Assembly: GCA_965205215.1 (NCBI GenBank)
Contig: OZ242041.1
Coordinates: forward strand, 608,001 to 672,000
Reading direction: 5' to 3'
From: Nitrosopumilus sp.
GTDB lineage: Archaea; Thermoproteota; Nitrososphaeria; Nitrososphaerales; Nitrosopumilaceae
Length of the DNA: 64,000 bases
A program made the translations under genes and the position numbers. Position 1 is the stretch's first letter. Each line of letters begins with the position of its first letter. This document shows, piece by piece, positions 29,467-39,366 of the stretch. Under the pieces are notes generated by a model, which was given only the letters and a program-made list of their open reading frames with translations, was not told the origin of the DNA and ran no database searches.

Positions 29467-31824
29467 TCATTCGGATTCGACGACAACTATGACCCCGCTC
29501 TGTACGAGGAACTGTATGGACCGCACGAACGTGTCGTCGTCAATGGCGCCTTCGGCCCACCACCCGGCGCTGGCCCTCACCCACGTCGGTATCTTGCCCG
29601 CGCCCTCGGCGCCCCCGGCCTCGGTTGCCGGGATCTGTATGATTCCCTGGTCGATCATATACTGTATGGACTGTAGGAACGCGCCGTCGTCCAGCGCGCC
29701 CCCGGCCCACCACCCGGCGCTGATCTTTACCCACTCGGGCATGGACGCCTGGCCGGTCGCGGGCTCGGAAACGGTCGCGGGCGCGTCGTCCACGGCCGGC
29801 GGCGGTACGTTTGCGCCATCGTCCTCATCCGCGCCGTCCTCATCCGCGCCCGCGATAACCGGAGTCTTCGTATCGGCGTCCGCGCCATCCCCGTCCGAGT
29901 CCTTCACGGTGGCGGGCGGCGCCGGCGCCGGCGCGGGTTCTGGCTGCCTGTCCGTCACCTCGAACGTCACAATCCCGATCAGCCGGTTGTTCAGCGAGGC
30001 AAGCGCCTCGTACGTTCCGCGCGGGGAGTCCCTGTCCAGGGCAAGCAGCGCCTCAAAGTATCCGTCCTTGGTCGGATACACCAAGTTCCCGTTCGTCGTG
30101 CCGTCCGGATACGTGTACGTGATCGCTATCTTGTCGCCCTTCTTGACCTCTCCCGCCGTGCCCGAGATCTTTGCATACGTGGTGATGGCCGCGGGGCCCA
30201 CCACATAGACGTCCTGATCCGCGCCCACGTCGCCGATCTTCAGGGGGGGCGGGGGCGCCCCGGATCCGGGGACGGGCTCCTGCGGGACCGGAACCCGCTC
30301 CGTCTGGCCGGCCCGGGGCTCGGAGGTACTGGTCAGCTGGAACGAGGCGATCGAGTCTGCCAGCAGCTCCGAATACAGCTCAAACGCGGACACGTCCGAG
30401 TCTGCGATGACGTTCCATATGCTGTCGCCGTCGTGCAGCTCCGTCACCACCGTAACTGTGGGGTACTCGCCGGAAAACAGGGGATCGTCGTATTGGCGGA
30501 TGGACGAATACGCCACGGCGTAGACGGGCCGCCCCGACTCTTGTGCGTATACGTCGTGTGAAATCACCTCAAAACCATAACAGATCTGGCCGTCTACGGG
30601 GTAGGTCAGCCCGTTGCAGTAGTCCCGCTCATACCCTATGAGCGCGTCAAGGATCTCGTCGTCCGAGTACCCTGCATAGTCGCCGTCAAACAGGAATACG
30701 CTTAGTGCGGCAGTCCAGGCCTGATGATCGTAAAAGCTTACCTGGTGCGCCCCGTAAGCCTCGTCGTCCACGATCCACGTCGACGGGTACTGTATCGTGT
30801 ATCTATTCTGCGGGTCGACGAACAGGTTGTAAGAGTCGACTATGCCGGAGGGGTCCGCATCCTGCAGCCTCACGGGAAAGGACTGGGACACCTCGTACGT
30901 CCTGGCCTCGGACACCTCTTGGAGCTGGACGGTTATCGTAGTCAGTGGGCTGCTCTGCACGTCGTGCGTGACGATCAGCAGCCCGCTGTCGCCTGCCACG
31001 CCCTCGCAGGTGGAGCCGTACTGGAGGTAGCCCTCCCCGAAGCAGGAGTCGTCTGCATAGTAGTCAAACGGCCGGTTCTCGCTCCACTGGTCAAACGATT
31101 CCGGGCCGGGCACAAAGTACACGTCAAACCCGTATGCCGGGTCGTCGGTTGAGACGTGAAAGCTGAAGGAGGTGACCTGCTTTGTGGAGAATACCGGGAC
31201 GTAATGCCCGTAACCCTTTGCAGACGAGGCCTCGTACTCGACAATCCCGTACTCCTTGTTGAGGGCGACGGGGTACATGATGTCGTTCGGGTCGTCGACA
31301 TGCCCGTACCCGAGCACGTGCCCGATCTCGTGCGTCATTATTTCCGACACGTAGTTGGCCGAGAACGGGTTCCATTGGTCCAGGTAGTTGCTGTCCCCCA
31401 GGCCGACCTCTATGAAGTGGGAGCCGAGCGCGTACCCGACGTGCTCCACGCCGAAGTCCTTTACCCACGATACTTGGAAGTTTGCCTGTGACGGATCATT
31501 GACCTCGTAAAACTCCAGTCCCGGAACCCGCTCCTCCCAGTATTTGGTCGACTCGTACATCACGTTTGACGCGTACGACGCCCAGTCGGGCAGGTCGTCT
31601 ACGTATACGTACAGCTCGGTATCGCCGGCCTGGGCGAGCGCGGACTGGGCCGGGAAGACAGCTAGTATCCCCACCGCCACTGCAAGGGCCAAAAGCGGCG
31701 GCGGGCGCCTGCATACGGCCCGGGAGTCACCGCGGCGCACCTGGACGCCCGTCTTGTGCCGTACGTCGCATTCTCCGCCCTCAGCCAACCACAAGACCCA
31801 GAGTCCGCGCGCAGCGCAGCGCAA
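29467..31824 (-). CDS. secreted matrixin-like Zn metalloprotease with thaumarchaeal C-terminal repeats
   Basis: HEIGHVLGYGH with Met-turn 'DIMYP'; two 'PxWVxxxAGWWAxGxxDDxxF' repeats; signal peptide. The true start is probably about 50-100 bp downstream. Confidence 0.85.
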   Translation of the reverse strand: MRCAARGLWVLWLAEGGECDVRHKTGVQVRRGDSRAVCRRPPPLLALAVAVGILAVFPAQSALAQAGDTELYVYVDDLPDWASYASNVMYESTKYWEERVPGLEFYEVNDPSQANFQVSWVKDFGVEHVGYALGSHFIEVGLGDSNYLDQWNPFSANYVSEIMTHEIGHVLGYGHVDDPNDIMYPVALNKEYGIVEYEASSAKGYGHYVPVFSTKQVTSFSFHVSTDDPAYGFDVYFVPGPESFDQWSENRPFDYYADDSCFGEGYLQYGSTCEGVAGDSGLLIVTHDVQSSPLTTITVQLQEVSEARTYEVSQSFPVRLQDADPSGIVDSYNLFVDPQNRYTIQYPSTWIVDDEAYGAHQVSFYDHQAWTAALSVFLFDGDYAGYSDDEILDALIGYERDYCNGLTYPVDGQICYGFEVISHDVYAQESGRPVYAVAYSSIRQYDDPLFSGEYPTVTVVTELHDGDSIWNVIADSDVSAFELYSELLADSIASFQLTSTSEPRAGQTERVPVPQEPVPGSGAPPPPLKIGDVGADQDVYVVGPAAITTYAKISGTAGEVKKGDKIAITYTYPDGTTNGNLVYPTKDGYFEALLALDRDSPRGTYEALASLNNRLIGIVTFEVTDRQPEPAPAPAPPATVKDSDGDGADADTKTPVIAGADEDGADEDDGANVPPPAVDDAPATVSEPATGQASMPEWVKISAGWWAGGALDDGAFLQSIQYMIDQGIIQIPATEAGGAEGAGKIPTWVRASAGWWAEGAIDDDTFVRSIQFLVQSGVIVVVESE

Positions 31825-31909
31825 ATAAAGTTACCTTGGACGGGTTTCCACACGGCCCGCCGGGATCCTCGATGCGGCGCCCTGCCTGCCTTCCCGCGGC
31901 GGTGGCCCG

Positions 31910-32296
31910 TCAGCCCGCCCCGGAGGGGGGTGGTGCAATCTTGCGGGCGGCCAGGACCTCCCTGACGTCGGGGATCTCCCACGCGTACTGTATGTGGACG
32001 CACATGTGCTCGTCGCAATATTCACACCATGCCTTTGCCTCGCGAAAGTACACCGACACTATCCTGCCCGCGCGCCCAAGCTTGTTGTCCAGTATCTTTA
32101 CGTGGTCCTCGTACATGTTGATGTGCTCAAACCGCCTGCGCTCGAACTTTTCGAGCGCTTCGCGCAGCGCCAGATCCACGAACTGCGCCGCGTTGGTTAT
32201 CCCGGCCTTTTTTGCCTCGTCGGTTCGCCGTACCCTCTCGACCTCGTCCAGGAGGCTCTTCTTGACGTTGACCGTCTTCCAGTCTTCCTTTCCCAT
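31910..32296 (-). CDS. ribbon-helix-helix regulator with C-terminal Zn-binding motif
   Basis: 'WKTVNVKKSLLDEV...AQFVDLALRE' and 'WCEYC...CVH'. Confidence 0.75.
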   Translation of the reverse strand: MGKEDWKTVNVKKSLLDEVERVRRTDEAKKAGITNAAQFVDLALREALEKFERRRFEHINMYEDHVKILDNKLGRAGRIVSVYFREAKAWCEYCDEHMCVHIQYAWEIPDVREVLAARKIAPPPSGAG

Positions 32297-32640
32297 ATGA
32301 TATTATTGTTATATGTAGTTATTATGCCTTGTGTTATGATCTAATACGCCCGGCGCACTACTAGGCATGGCCCGGAGCGAGCATCCGGTGTCACGCCGCG
32401 CCGGACGACCCCTGCCGACCATTTCTTACAACATATTTGTCATAAAGAATAAATACAAAATTGCCATTGTTACTACGTGAATGGATTGGGGGTGGCTCAG
32501 GCCGAGGCGGCGGTTCCTGAGAGGACAGATCGATGTCTGGGCAGCGGGGGGAAAGCCGCGAGGGGGGCCATGTGGAACGGCTGCCGCGGGGCGTCGTTTT
32601 TTTACACAGCAACGCACAGCAGGGGGGCGCGCCCGGCATA

Positions 32641-32811
32641 ATGGCCTGCCACGGAACGTGCGTCCGGCACCAGGCAGGCAAGCCGGGCAGGCAGAGCAGG
32701 TACGAGGCGGGCCAGGTGCGCTGCCAGCAGTGCAACATCTGGATGGTCAGGGAGGAGCCCGGGTGCCCGTGCTGCGGCCTGAAGCTGCGGCGCAATGCCA
32801 GGCGCCACTAG
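32641..32811 (+). CDS. small Cys-rich Zn-finger protein of a type common in Nitrososphaerota
   Basis: MACHGTCVRH...RYEAGQVRCQQC...CPCCGLKLR. Confidence 0.75.
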   Translation: MACHGTCVRHQAGKPGRQSRYEAGQVRCQQCNIWMVREEPGCPCCGLKLRRNARRH

Positions 32812-35800
32812 GATAGGCCGCAGTGGCGCGTATCATGCTCAAAAGCGATTGCAGGCGGGGATGGTGATGACAAGTGGTGCGGGGGGGAGGACGGCGCGTG
32901 CGCGCATACGCGGGCCGCGCAGGCGCGCCGGCAACGGTGGCAGCAGAAACGGGGCCGGGACGGCCATGCATATCTTTGTCGGGAAGCGGGGCCGGGGGCG
33001 CACCGGCGTGGCGCGTGCCAGAAGAACTATGCATAACGTATGGCGCGCGTCGTGCGAGCCGTGCCATGCCGCCATTGTAATGACCGCAATAGTCGCGGCA
33101 TCGTGCGCCGCGGCAGACACCGCGGTCTGGGCGAACCACTCGCCGACCAGCTGCATACTGCACGTGCGCGGCGAGTCCCACCCCGTCACGTACCTAGGCG
33201 AGCCGCGGCAAAACTCCGACGGCACCTACTACCCGGGGGACGCGTTCTACTACATATTCAGGTGGGAGGATAGATCCGACGAACCAGACGACTGTACAGT
33301 CCATGCGCCGCTCCTTGAGAGCGGCAGACTGCTGCTTGGCCACCATACCGTACGGGTGGACGGCGAGGGCCGCATGTTTCGCAGCGCGCCATTGACGCAC
33401 ACCGACCTCGATCCGGCAGTAGGGTTCCTGAGCGAGACCGACTTTTACGCCGGCAAAATGCAGACGGAGTGCCAGGTGTCGTTTGCAAAGCCCGGCGAGT
33501 CCTGGCGCACGCGGTGGGAGCAGTGGGCCGTATACGACAAGGTGTTCCTCACAAAGGACGGCACAGACAGGCTGACGGAATTTGAAAAGACGCTCAAGTC
33601 CAAGGCGTACCGCGGGGATCCCGCCTGGGAGTGGTGGGAGCAGAAGGGCAAGATGAGGAGCGGCCACCCTGAACTGCCAGAGTGCCAGTTCGAACTGCGG
33701 CCCGGCGGTGCGGGGGAGCAGAACCCGGGACTGCCCGCACACATGAGGTACTACGGCGGGGGCATATTCTACGCCACGTCGTATTCCTGGGGGATCATGG
33801 CAGGCGGGGGCAGCGCGTCTCACGCGCACCTGGCCGCGACTCCCGCAGACCCGGATAGCGCGGCGTGGTTTGAAGAGCGCGTGCAGGAGCTGTGCGGTAG
33901 GCCCGCCCTGCCCGCCCGCTCGGGCTGCGTGTACGGGACGGCCGAGATACGGCCCGACAGGGGGGTGTGCGTGTCCGATGCGGTCGGCTCGTACGCGCGA
34001 TTGCTGGACGCGTGGCATACGGGGCTACCGCCGTACGACATAACCGGAGCAGGCGGCAAGCCTATTGAGCCGCCCCCGGGGCCGCCGCCCGGGTACCCCG
34101 CACCGTCGTGGGGGCACCTGCTGGCCAACCGGACGTACCCGTTTGACGTGCGGACGCCGCCGCCCGGCATTGCGCCCGAGATGTATGAAGTGGCGCCGGC
34201 AGGCGACGTGTGCGCCACCGCGTCGTCAGACGGTTCAAAGCTCGAGCTGACCATATCGGGCACATATCTGACGCCGCACCACCGCGCAAACGACATACCG
34301 GTAAAGGGGGTCAAGGAGGTGGCAAGGGACGCGGGGCCGCCGCTGCAGGACGGCGAGCTGCGCATCATACTGACAAAGCCGCCGCTGCACCACATGGAGG
34401 GGTATGACGCCAAGAATATCGACGGCACCTACTATCACGACGATCCGATATACGTGCGCCACGAGCCGTCGTGGAAGTGGAAGGACGAGCGCATCGCGCA
34501 CATCAGCTTTTCGACGCACCGCCTGCCGCCCTCCACGCTCCCGGCAATAGACGAATTTGACTGCCCCCTTCTTCCTCCTCCTCCGTCAGATGACGGGAAC
34601 AGCAGCAACACTGTCGCGCCCGCTCCTCACACGACGGCGCCTCCGTGTGAGTACGCGGTCGGGGTGGACTCGCCGCCGTGGCTGGCCGAAAAGATACGGT
34701 TCGGCAACGGCGACGGGCTGACGGTCCGGACCGCCGACGCGTCGCACGGTTTCGGCACGCACACATTCTCATACAACATGACCGCCCACAACTTAGGCAG
34801 GCAGGTCGCAGACGCGACGAATTCTACGGAGGCCGAGGTCGTGCCGTACGAGCCGTCCTACGAGACGATGTACTCGTATCCCGTGCTCGCAGACGCCCGC
34901 GAGTACGCCTTTGACGACCGGCACGGGATCGCCATGAGGTACGGCGGGAGCTGGCAGGACGGCGTACTGCATACAATGCGCCGCTCGTTCATCAACGGAT
35001 GGGACGGGGCTGGCGGGGGGCACGACCCGTACACGTACAACCGCTTTGGGCAGGAACACGTGCTAGACACCGGCCGCAACGCCTCGCCCGACCACACCGC
35101 TCTGGAGCACGCACGGGACACGCAGACTGCCATGTTCGTGCAAAGCGGGCACGGCGCAGTCCTGTTTGAGTGGCCCGTGTCCGGATGGGTGTTCTCCGCG
35201 TACAACCAGACGACAGCGGGGGCGCCGGCCGCCGCCACGTATGCGAAGGCGGCAGTCTACGAGAACGTCACGGCGCACCTGCAGGTCTACAGCCGTGACT
35301 TTGCGGGCAAGGACACCCTGCTGTACGAGACTGCTATGCGCTATCCGGAGATGCCGTTTGCAAAGCACGTGGCTATACAGTCAGTCGACCACGCCGGAGC
35401 CATACAGGCCGCGGATGACATCACGTTGCGTGTGACGCCATATGCGGAACTGGGAGCCGAATATCTGACGGACTACATACGAGACAAGGTAACGTGGGAT
35501 ACGGGCGACACGGTCATATCCCAGATCGTCGTAAACGACACTCATCCCATGGTACAGGAGTGGCACGCGTCCGACGGCATGATCAGTGCAACGGTGCTGC
35601 GCACATCAGTCCACTTTGGTGACATTGCCATCCAGAACAGCACAGGCCTGCCGTTCAGCGGCAAGCTGGCGGACCTCCACGAGCTGGCAGAGCATCCGGA
35701 GACTCTACGCCTCACCGCCCCGTACGACCTAGGGCTAAGCGTGCTGGCCCCAACGTCCCTGTACGTCGCGATAAACGGCTTCGGAGAGTATGCCATACAC

Positions 35801-36187
35801 CACAAGTACTACTCGTTTGGAGGGAGTGAGACAGTCAGCATCAACGTCCAAAAGGACAACCCGGCAGACATCTCAAGGGAGCCGGGCCGCATCATCATAA
35901 GGCAGCCTGAAAACTTCGGCATGATCAAGCATGTCGAGATAAATGGCACGCGTCTGCTGCAACCGTGTCCCACTGGCTGCATCGTCACGTCCCAGCCAGA
36001 TGTCGCCTTGGATATAATACTGTACAACGAGTGGGGCGGGGAGGCCCATGGCACCGTCAACGCATCAAGTATGTTTGATACGTTGCGTCCGGACGAACCG
36101 CGGTGGGTGATTATCGGGATTGTCACGTCACTGCTCGTGATTTCATATATGACATATAGAAAGATCACGACTATAGAAAGTCAATGA
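32795..36187 (+). CDS. large secreted, membrane-anchored surface protein
   Basis: Hydrophobic signal 'AAIVMTAIVAA' suggests a start near 33030-33080; C-terminal TM segment; internal DGTYYxxD repeat. Confidence 0.8.
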   Translation: MPGATRIGRSGAYHAQKRLQAGMVMTSGAGGRTARARIRGPRRRAGNGGSRNGAGTAMHIFVGKRGRGRTGVARARRTMHNVWRASCEPCHAAIVMTAIVAASCAAADTAVWANHSPTSCILHVRGESHPVTYLGEPRQNSDGTYYPGDAFYYIFRWEDRSDEPDDCTVHAPLLESGRLLLGHHTVRVDGEGRMFRSAPLTHTDLDPAVGFLSETDFYAGKMQTECQVSFAKPGESWRTRWEQWAVYDKVFLTKDGTDRLTEFEKTLKSKAYRGDPAWEWWEQKGKMRSGHPELPECQFELRPGGAGEQNPGLPAHMRYYGGGIFYATSYSWGIMAGGGSASHAHLAATPADPDSAAWFEERVQELCGRPALPARSGCVYGTAEIRPDRGVCVSDAVGSYARLLDAWHTGLPPYDITGAGGKPIEPPPGPPPGYPAPSWGHLLANRTYPFDVRTPPPGIAPEMYEVAPAGDVCATASSDGSKLELTISGTYLTPHHRANDIPVKGVKEVARDAGPPLQDGELRIILTKPPLHHMEGYDAKNIDGTYYHDDPIYVRHEPSWKWKDERIAHISFSTHRLPPSTLPAIDEFDCPLLPPPPSDDGNSSNTVAPAPHTTAPPCEYAVGVDSPPWLAEKIRFGNGDGLTVRTADASHGFGTHTFSYNMTAHNLGRQVADATNSTEAEVVPYEPSYETMYSYPVLADAREYAFDDRHGIAMRYGGSWQDGVLHTMRRSFINGWDGAGGGHDPYTYNRFGQEHVLDTGRNASPDHTALEHARDTQTAMFVQSGHGAVLFEWPVSGWVFSAYNQTTAGAPAAATYAKAAVYENVTAHLQVYSRDFAGKDTLLYETAMRYPEMPFAKHVAIQSVDHAGAIQAADDITLRVTPYAELGAEYLTDYIRDKVTWDTGDTVISQIVVNDTHPMVQEWHASDGMISATVLRTSVHFGDIAIQNSTGLPFSGKLADLHELAEHPETLRLTAPYDLGLSVLAPTSLYVAINGFGEYAIHHKYYSFGGSETVSINVQKDNPADISREPGRIIIRQPENFGMIKHVEINGTRLLQPCPTGCIVTSQPDVALDIILYNEWGGEAHGTVNASSMFDTLRPDEPRWVIIGIVTSLLVISYMTYRKITTIESQ

Positions 36188-36459
36188 CATGGAGTAGCTG
36201 TCCAACCTCGTCCAATAACCTGTGCCTAGACTTGCTTTAGGTGTGTGTAAGAAGATGACGCCCGTGCCCAGTATTTGAGAGGCGTTGAACAGTTACGCTT
36301 CGGCCGCGGAACCCAAACCAGGCCCATTTCTCTTCAGTCATGCCGGGCCTTGGACACAACTTGGCCCGTCCTACAAGTCTGTGTCCACGTCAGGTTCCGC
36401 AAGCGAGCAGGGGTGTGAGGTTGGACAGTTACTTACCATTGACCGCGTTTGGAAGCACA

Positions 36460-37869
36460 CTAGGTGAAAATCTTTTGTCTCGTGTCCGAGTCGACATCTG
36501 CATAAGGCTTCACAGATGGATTTCTTATGTATCTGCCTTTTGTATAGTCGGAATGATACAACAAGGCGCCGGATATTTCGGGATGCGGCCCTAACTCTTC
36601 TTCCACTATCGGCTTAATCTGATTAAAGTCATAATTGCTATCCTCAAACGAACTGCTCCACAACACTGCCTTAATTACAAAAATTATTGGTGAGCCCTGC
36701 ACGTACTGCTTTTTCTCAATCTTGGATTTCAGCTTGCGCCTGATCTGGTTGAAAAACGACTCTTGCTGCAGATCTCCCGTTGTTATGGATGAAGGTTCAG
36801 GCAAGGAAGATAGTTCTCGGTTCGGGGCTGACATGGCATCTTCATGGATTACAACGCACGAGGGCGCGTCTACTGCATTCTTGCAGCTTATTGTGGTGAA
36901 TGGCGCGGAGGCAACGTCCTTGATGGTGATTTTTTTGGCCCATTCTCTGACAGCGTCTTCTTCTTCGAGCATTTTCTTTACGCGTGGGGGATGATAAGGA
37001 TATTCGTACAGCGTGTTGGAAAGATATGATTCTGTGCCCGGAGATCTATAAAGCATCAGCGGAATTGAAACGTTGAATTTTGAGAGCGCGTACAGGGAAA
37101 ATTTATCGATCCACCGAGTGATTTTTTCTAAAGACTCTGCCTCGTCGATCTTACCATCATGACACACTAGCTTTGTAGTGTCCAGATACAAGTTCAATCT
37201 AAAACTATCTTCACTTTTGACGCGTTCAAAAATATGTTTACAAAGTTTGTCGCATATGGATTGTATTTTGTTACTGGTAACTGACTCTGTAACAGAGCTT
37301 AGTTCGAGAAATATATCCCTGTCGTCCATTTTTACCCGAATGTCTGGATTTGTGTTGTTGGGCAAGTTGTATTCATAATCGACGTTTGAAATTCCTATCT
37401 TTTGACCTATTCTGTACGCGGTTGTAATCTCGAAAAAAGCGGATTCGCTGTCATAATAATCGCGTGACGATAAGCGCGTTTTGAATGATTGACGTGCATC
37501 TCTTTTCCGTTGTGAAATATCGAATGCTTCTAGGCTTTTTTCTAACAGAACTAACGGCTGAGGATCAAAGTACAAGTGGGTGTATTCTATATAGTTGGGC
37601 TCTGCTTCGCCATTTGTCTCAACACCTAGTAGCGAATTTAGATCAACGGGCGTTATCTCATCCTTACATTTTAAAAAAATTATGTTTTTGGCTTCTCTGT
37701 AGCTTAAGCCATCATAACCTGCAAAATTATCAACCAGTTTGTTTATCAAAGGAAAACGAGATATGCGCTCTTTCGCTCGCGTGACTTGCCATTCGTGGAA
37801 CTTTTGATAGCTGGGATCGCATTTTGGATATCTTCCCAGAGCATTCATGTAGGTGCACAGAATCGGCAC
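36460..37869 (-). CDS. low-GC hypothetical protein with a PD-(D/E)xK-like motif
   Basis: 'FFEITTAY...NPDIRV...IFLELSS'. Confidence 0.7.
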   Translation of the reverse strand: MPILCTYMNALGRYPKCDPSYQKFHEWQVTRAKERISRFPLINKLVDNFAGYDGLSYREAKNIIFLKCKDEITPVDLNSLLGVETNGEAEPNYIEYTHLYFDPQPLVLLEKSLEAFDISQRKRDARQSFKTRLSSRDYYDSESAFFEITTAYRIGQKIGISNVDYEYNLPNNTNPDIRVKMDDRDIFLELSSVTESVTSNKIQSICDKLCKHIFERVKSEDSFRLNLYLDTTKLVCHDGKIDEAESLEKITRWIDKFSLYALSKFNVSIPLMLYRSPGTESYLSNTLYEYPYHPPRVKKMLEEEDAVREWAKKITIKDVASAPFTTISCKNAVDAPSCVVIHEDAMSAPNRELSSLPEPSSITTGDLQQESFFNQIRRKLKSKIEKKQYVQGSPIIFVIKAVLWSSSFEDSNYDFNQIKPIVEEELGPHPEISGALLYHSDYTKGRYIRNPSVKPYADVDSDTRQKIFT

Positions 37870-38037
37870 GGTATATGTTTAACTTGTATGTGTTCCGTGA
37901 CTATTCAACCTACGCGCCTGCACCAAGAGGTGGGCGGATGGATTCGAGTCTAAATTTTGAAGGGGTCGAACAGTTACTGACATGGAACGAGCAAACTTTA
38001 TTAAATTAATCCTTTCTAATAAACAAGTACAAAAATC

Positions 38038-38847
38038 ATGAATCTTTGGAAGGAATTTCTCAATAGAAGCAAACGTGATTTGGAGGTGTCAGAAATCTGT
38101 TTTAAAAAGAAAGATTATGAGTTGGCGTCATATCTCTTGCAACAGGCGTTGGAGAAATCTATCAAATCATATATGTTGAAAAATAATGCCATTGGGAATC
38201 CAAAGCAGTTACATCATTTGACACTTGGGGGAATTTTTCATATTATAATAGAGAAACTTAGGGAAGGTAGGCGGAAGCACCAGAACAATATTGGATTAAT
38301 GGGACTATTTGATTGTATGATAAAACTTTGCAAAAAGTATCAAGAAGTTTTCAAGCCACAAGAAATAAACGATACAAAAAAGAAACTTCCGTTTTGGAAA
38401 GTCTCCCTGCAGCTTTCATTAAGTAATGAAGACAAAAAATATCTACAAGAAACATTTATTGTTAACTTCCAACAGGACATAGAAAAATGCAACGATATTT
38501 TTAAAAAAATATCCGAAGATTTTACAAATCTGCCGAAAGGATTCACAAACCGTATCGAAGAATCAAAAATTATGGAAGCTTTGAATGAGTCAAGAGAAGA
38601 TTATGGTGACAAAATTTCACAGATTCCATCATTGAAAATTTTAGAGCCACTTCTTTTGTTCATGGATACTAAACTTGTGAATATAATAATCAAAACATTT
38701 GCCCATGAGGACATAGGCAGGTATCCAACTGAGGTGGATGGGAAGATTTCTACGGAATTATATGCAAAAAATCCAACCTTGATCAAAAATATGATAGAAG
38801 ATGTGAGAACCGTATGTTCAGATTTAGAAAAGAGAATGGAAGAATGA
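38038..38847 (+). CDS. HEPN-domain protein
   Basis: 'SKRDLEVSE...ASYLLQQALEKSIKS...H' and 'GRYP'; strongly AT-rich. Confidence 0.8.
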   Translation: MNLWKEFLNRSKRDLEVSEICFKKKDYELASYLLQQALEKSIKSYMLKNNAIGNPKQLHHLTLGGIFHIIIEKLREGRRKHQNNIGLMGLFDCMIKLCKKYQEVFKPQEINDTKKKLPFWKVSLQLSLSNEDKKYLQETFIVNFQQDIEKCNDIFKKISEDFTNLPKGFTNRIEESKIMEALNESREDYGDKISQIPSLKILEPLLLFMDTKLVNIIIKTFAHEDIGRYPTEVDGKISTELYAKNPTLIKNMIEDVRTVCSDLEKRMEE

Positions 38848-39040
38848 TTTTAACCCTAATGAGGCGAATCATGGAGCCTGAGACGCGGCATTCATACACT
38901 CCACTGGATTTGTCCAAGGTGACTTCCGTACTGTCACAATCAGCGCACAACCAGCAGCTGGATACTCTCTATTACTTCCTTCTACTGGCCTCCAACGTTG
39001 CATCACATGGGGCGATTATGAGTATATTCTTTTTGGGGAA

Positions 39041-39268
39041 CTGTCAAGAACTGGAGACCTGTCACCTGCTGTCAAACGGTGCCCTATCGCCTTACTGTGT
39101 ACTTTCTTCCACGTTATTGTGTCCGATATGAGATTGTCCAAAGACTTGACTTTGAAGCCCGCAGGCATTGTTATAGAGGACACGAACAAGTGGTTTGCCA
39201 TGATACAGGCAACGGCTGAGGCAGGTCACCATTTTGACAGCGTGTAGCAGGTCTCCAGTTCTTGACAG
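39041..39268. repeat. inverted pair of a bipartite motif of about 45 bp (21-bp perfect inverted repeat)
   Basis: CTGTCAAGAACTGGAGACCTG at 39041-39061 and its reverse complement at 39248-39268; a third copy lies at 46178-46224. Confidence 0.9.
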
Positions 39269-39366
39269 TCTCGATATTTGATTTGTACACGTTCGCATAA
39301 GAGTTCTGTCATACACACAGTCGTTTCAAGGCAGGCCAATGAACCCATTTTGCTTAAATATGGATC

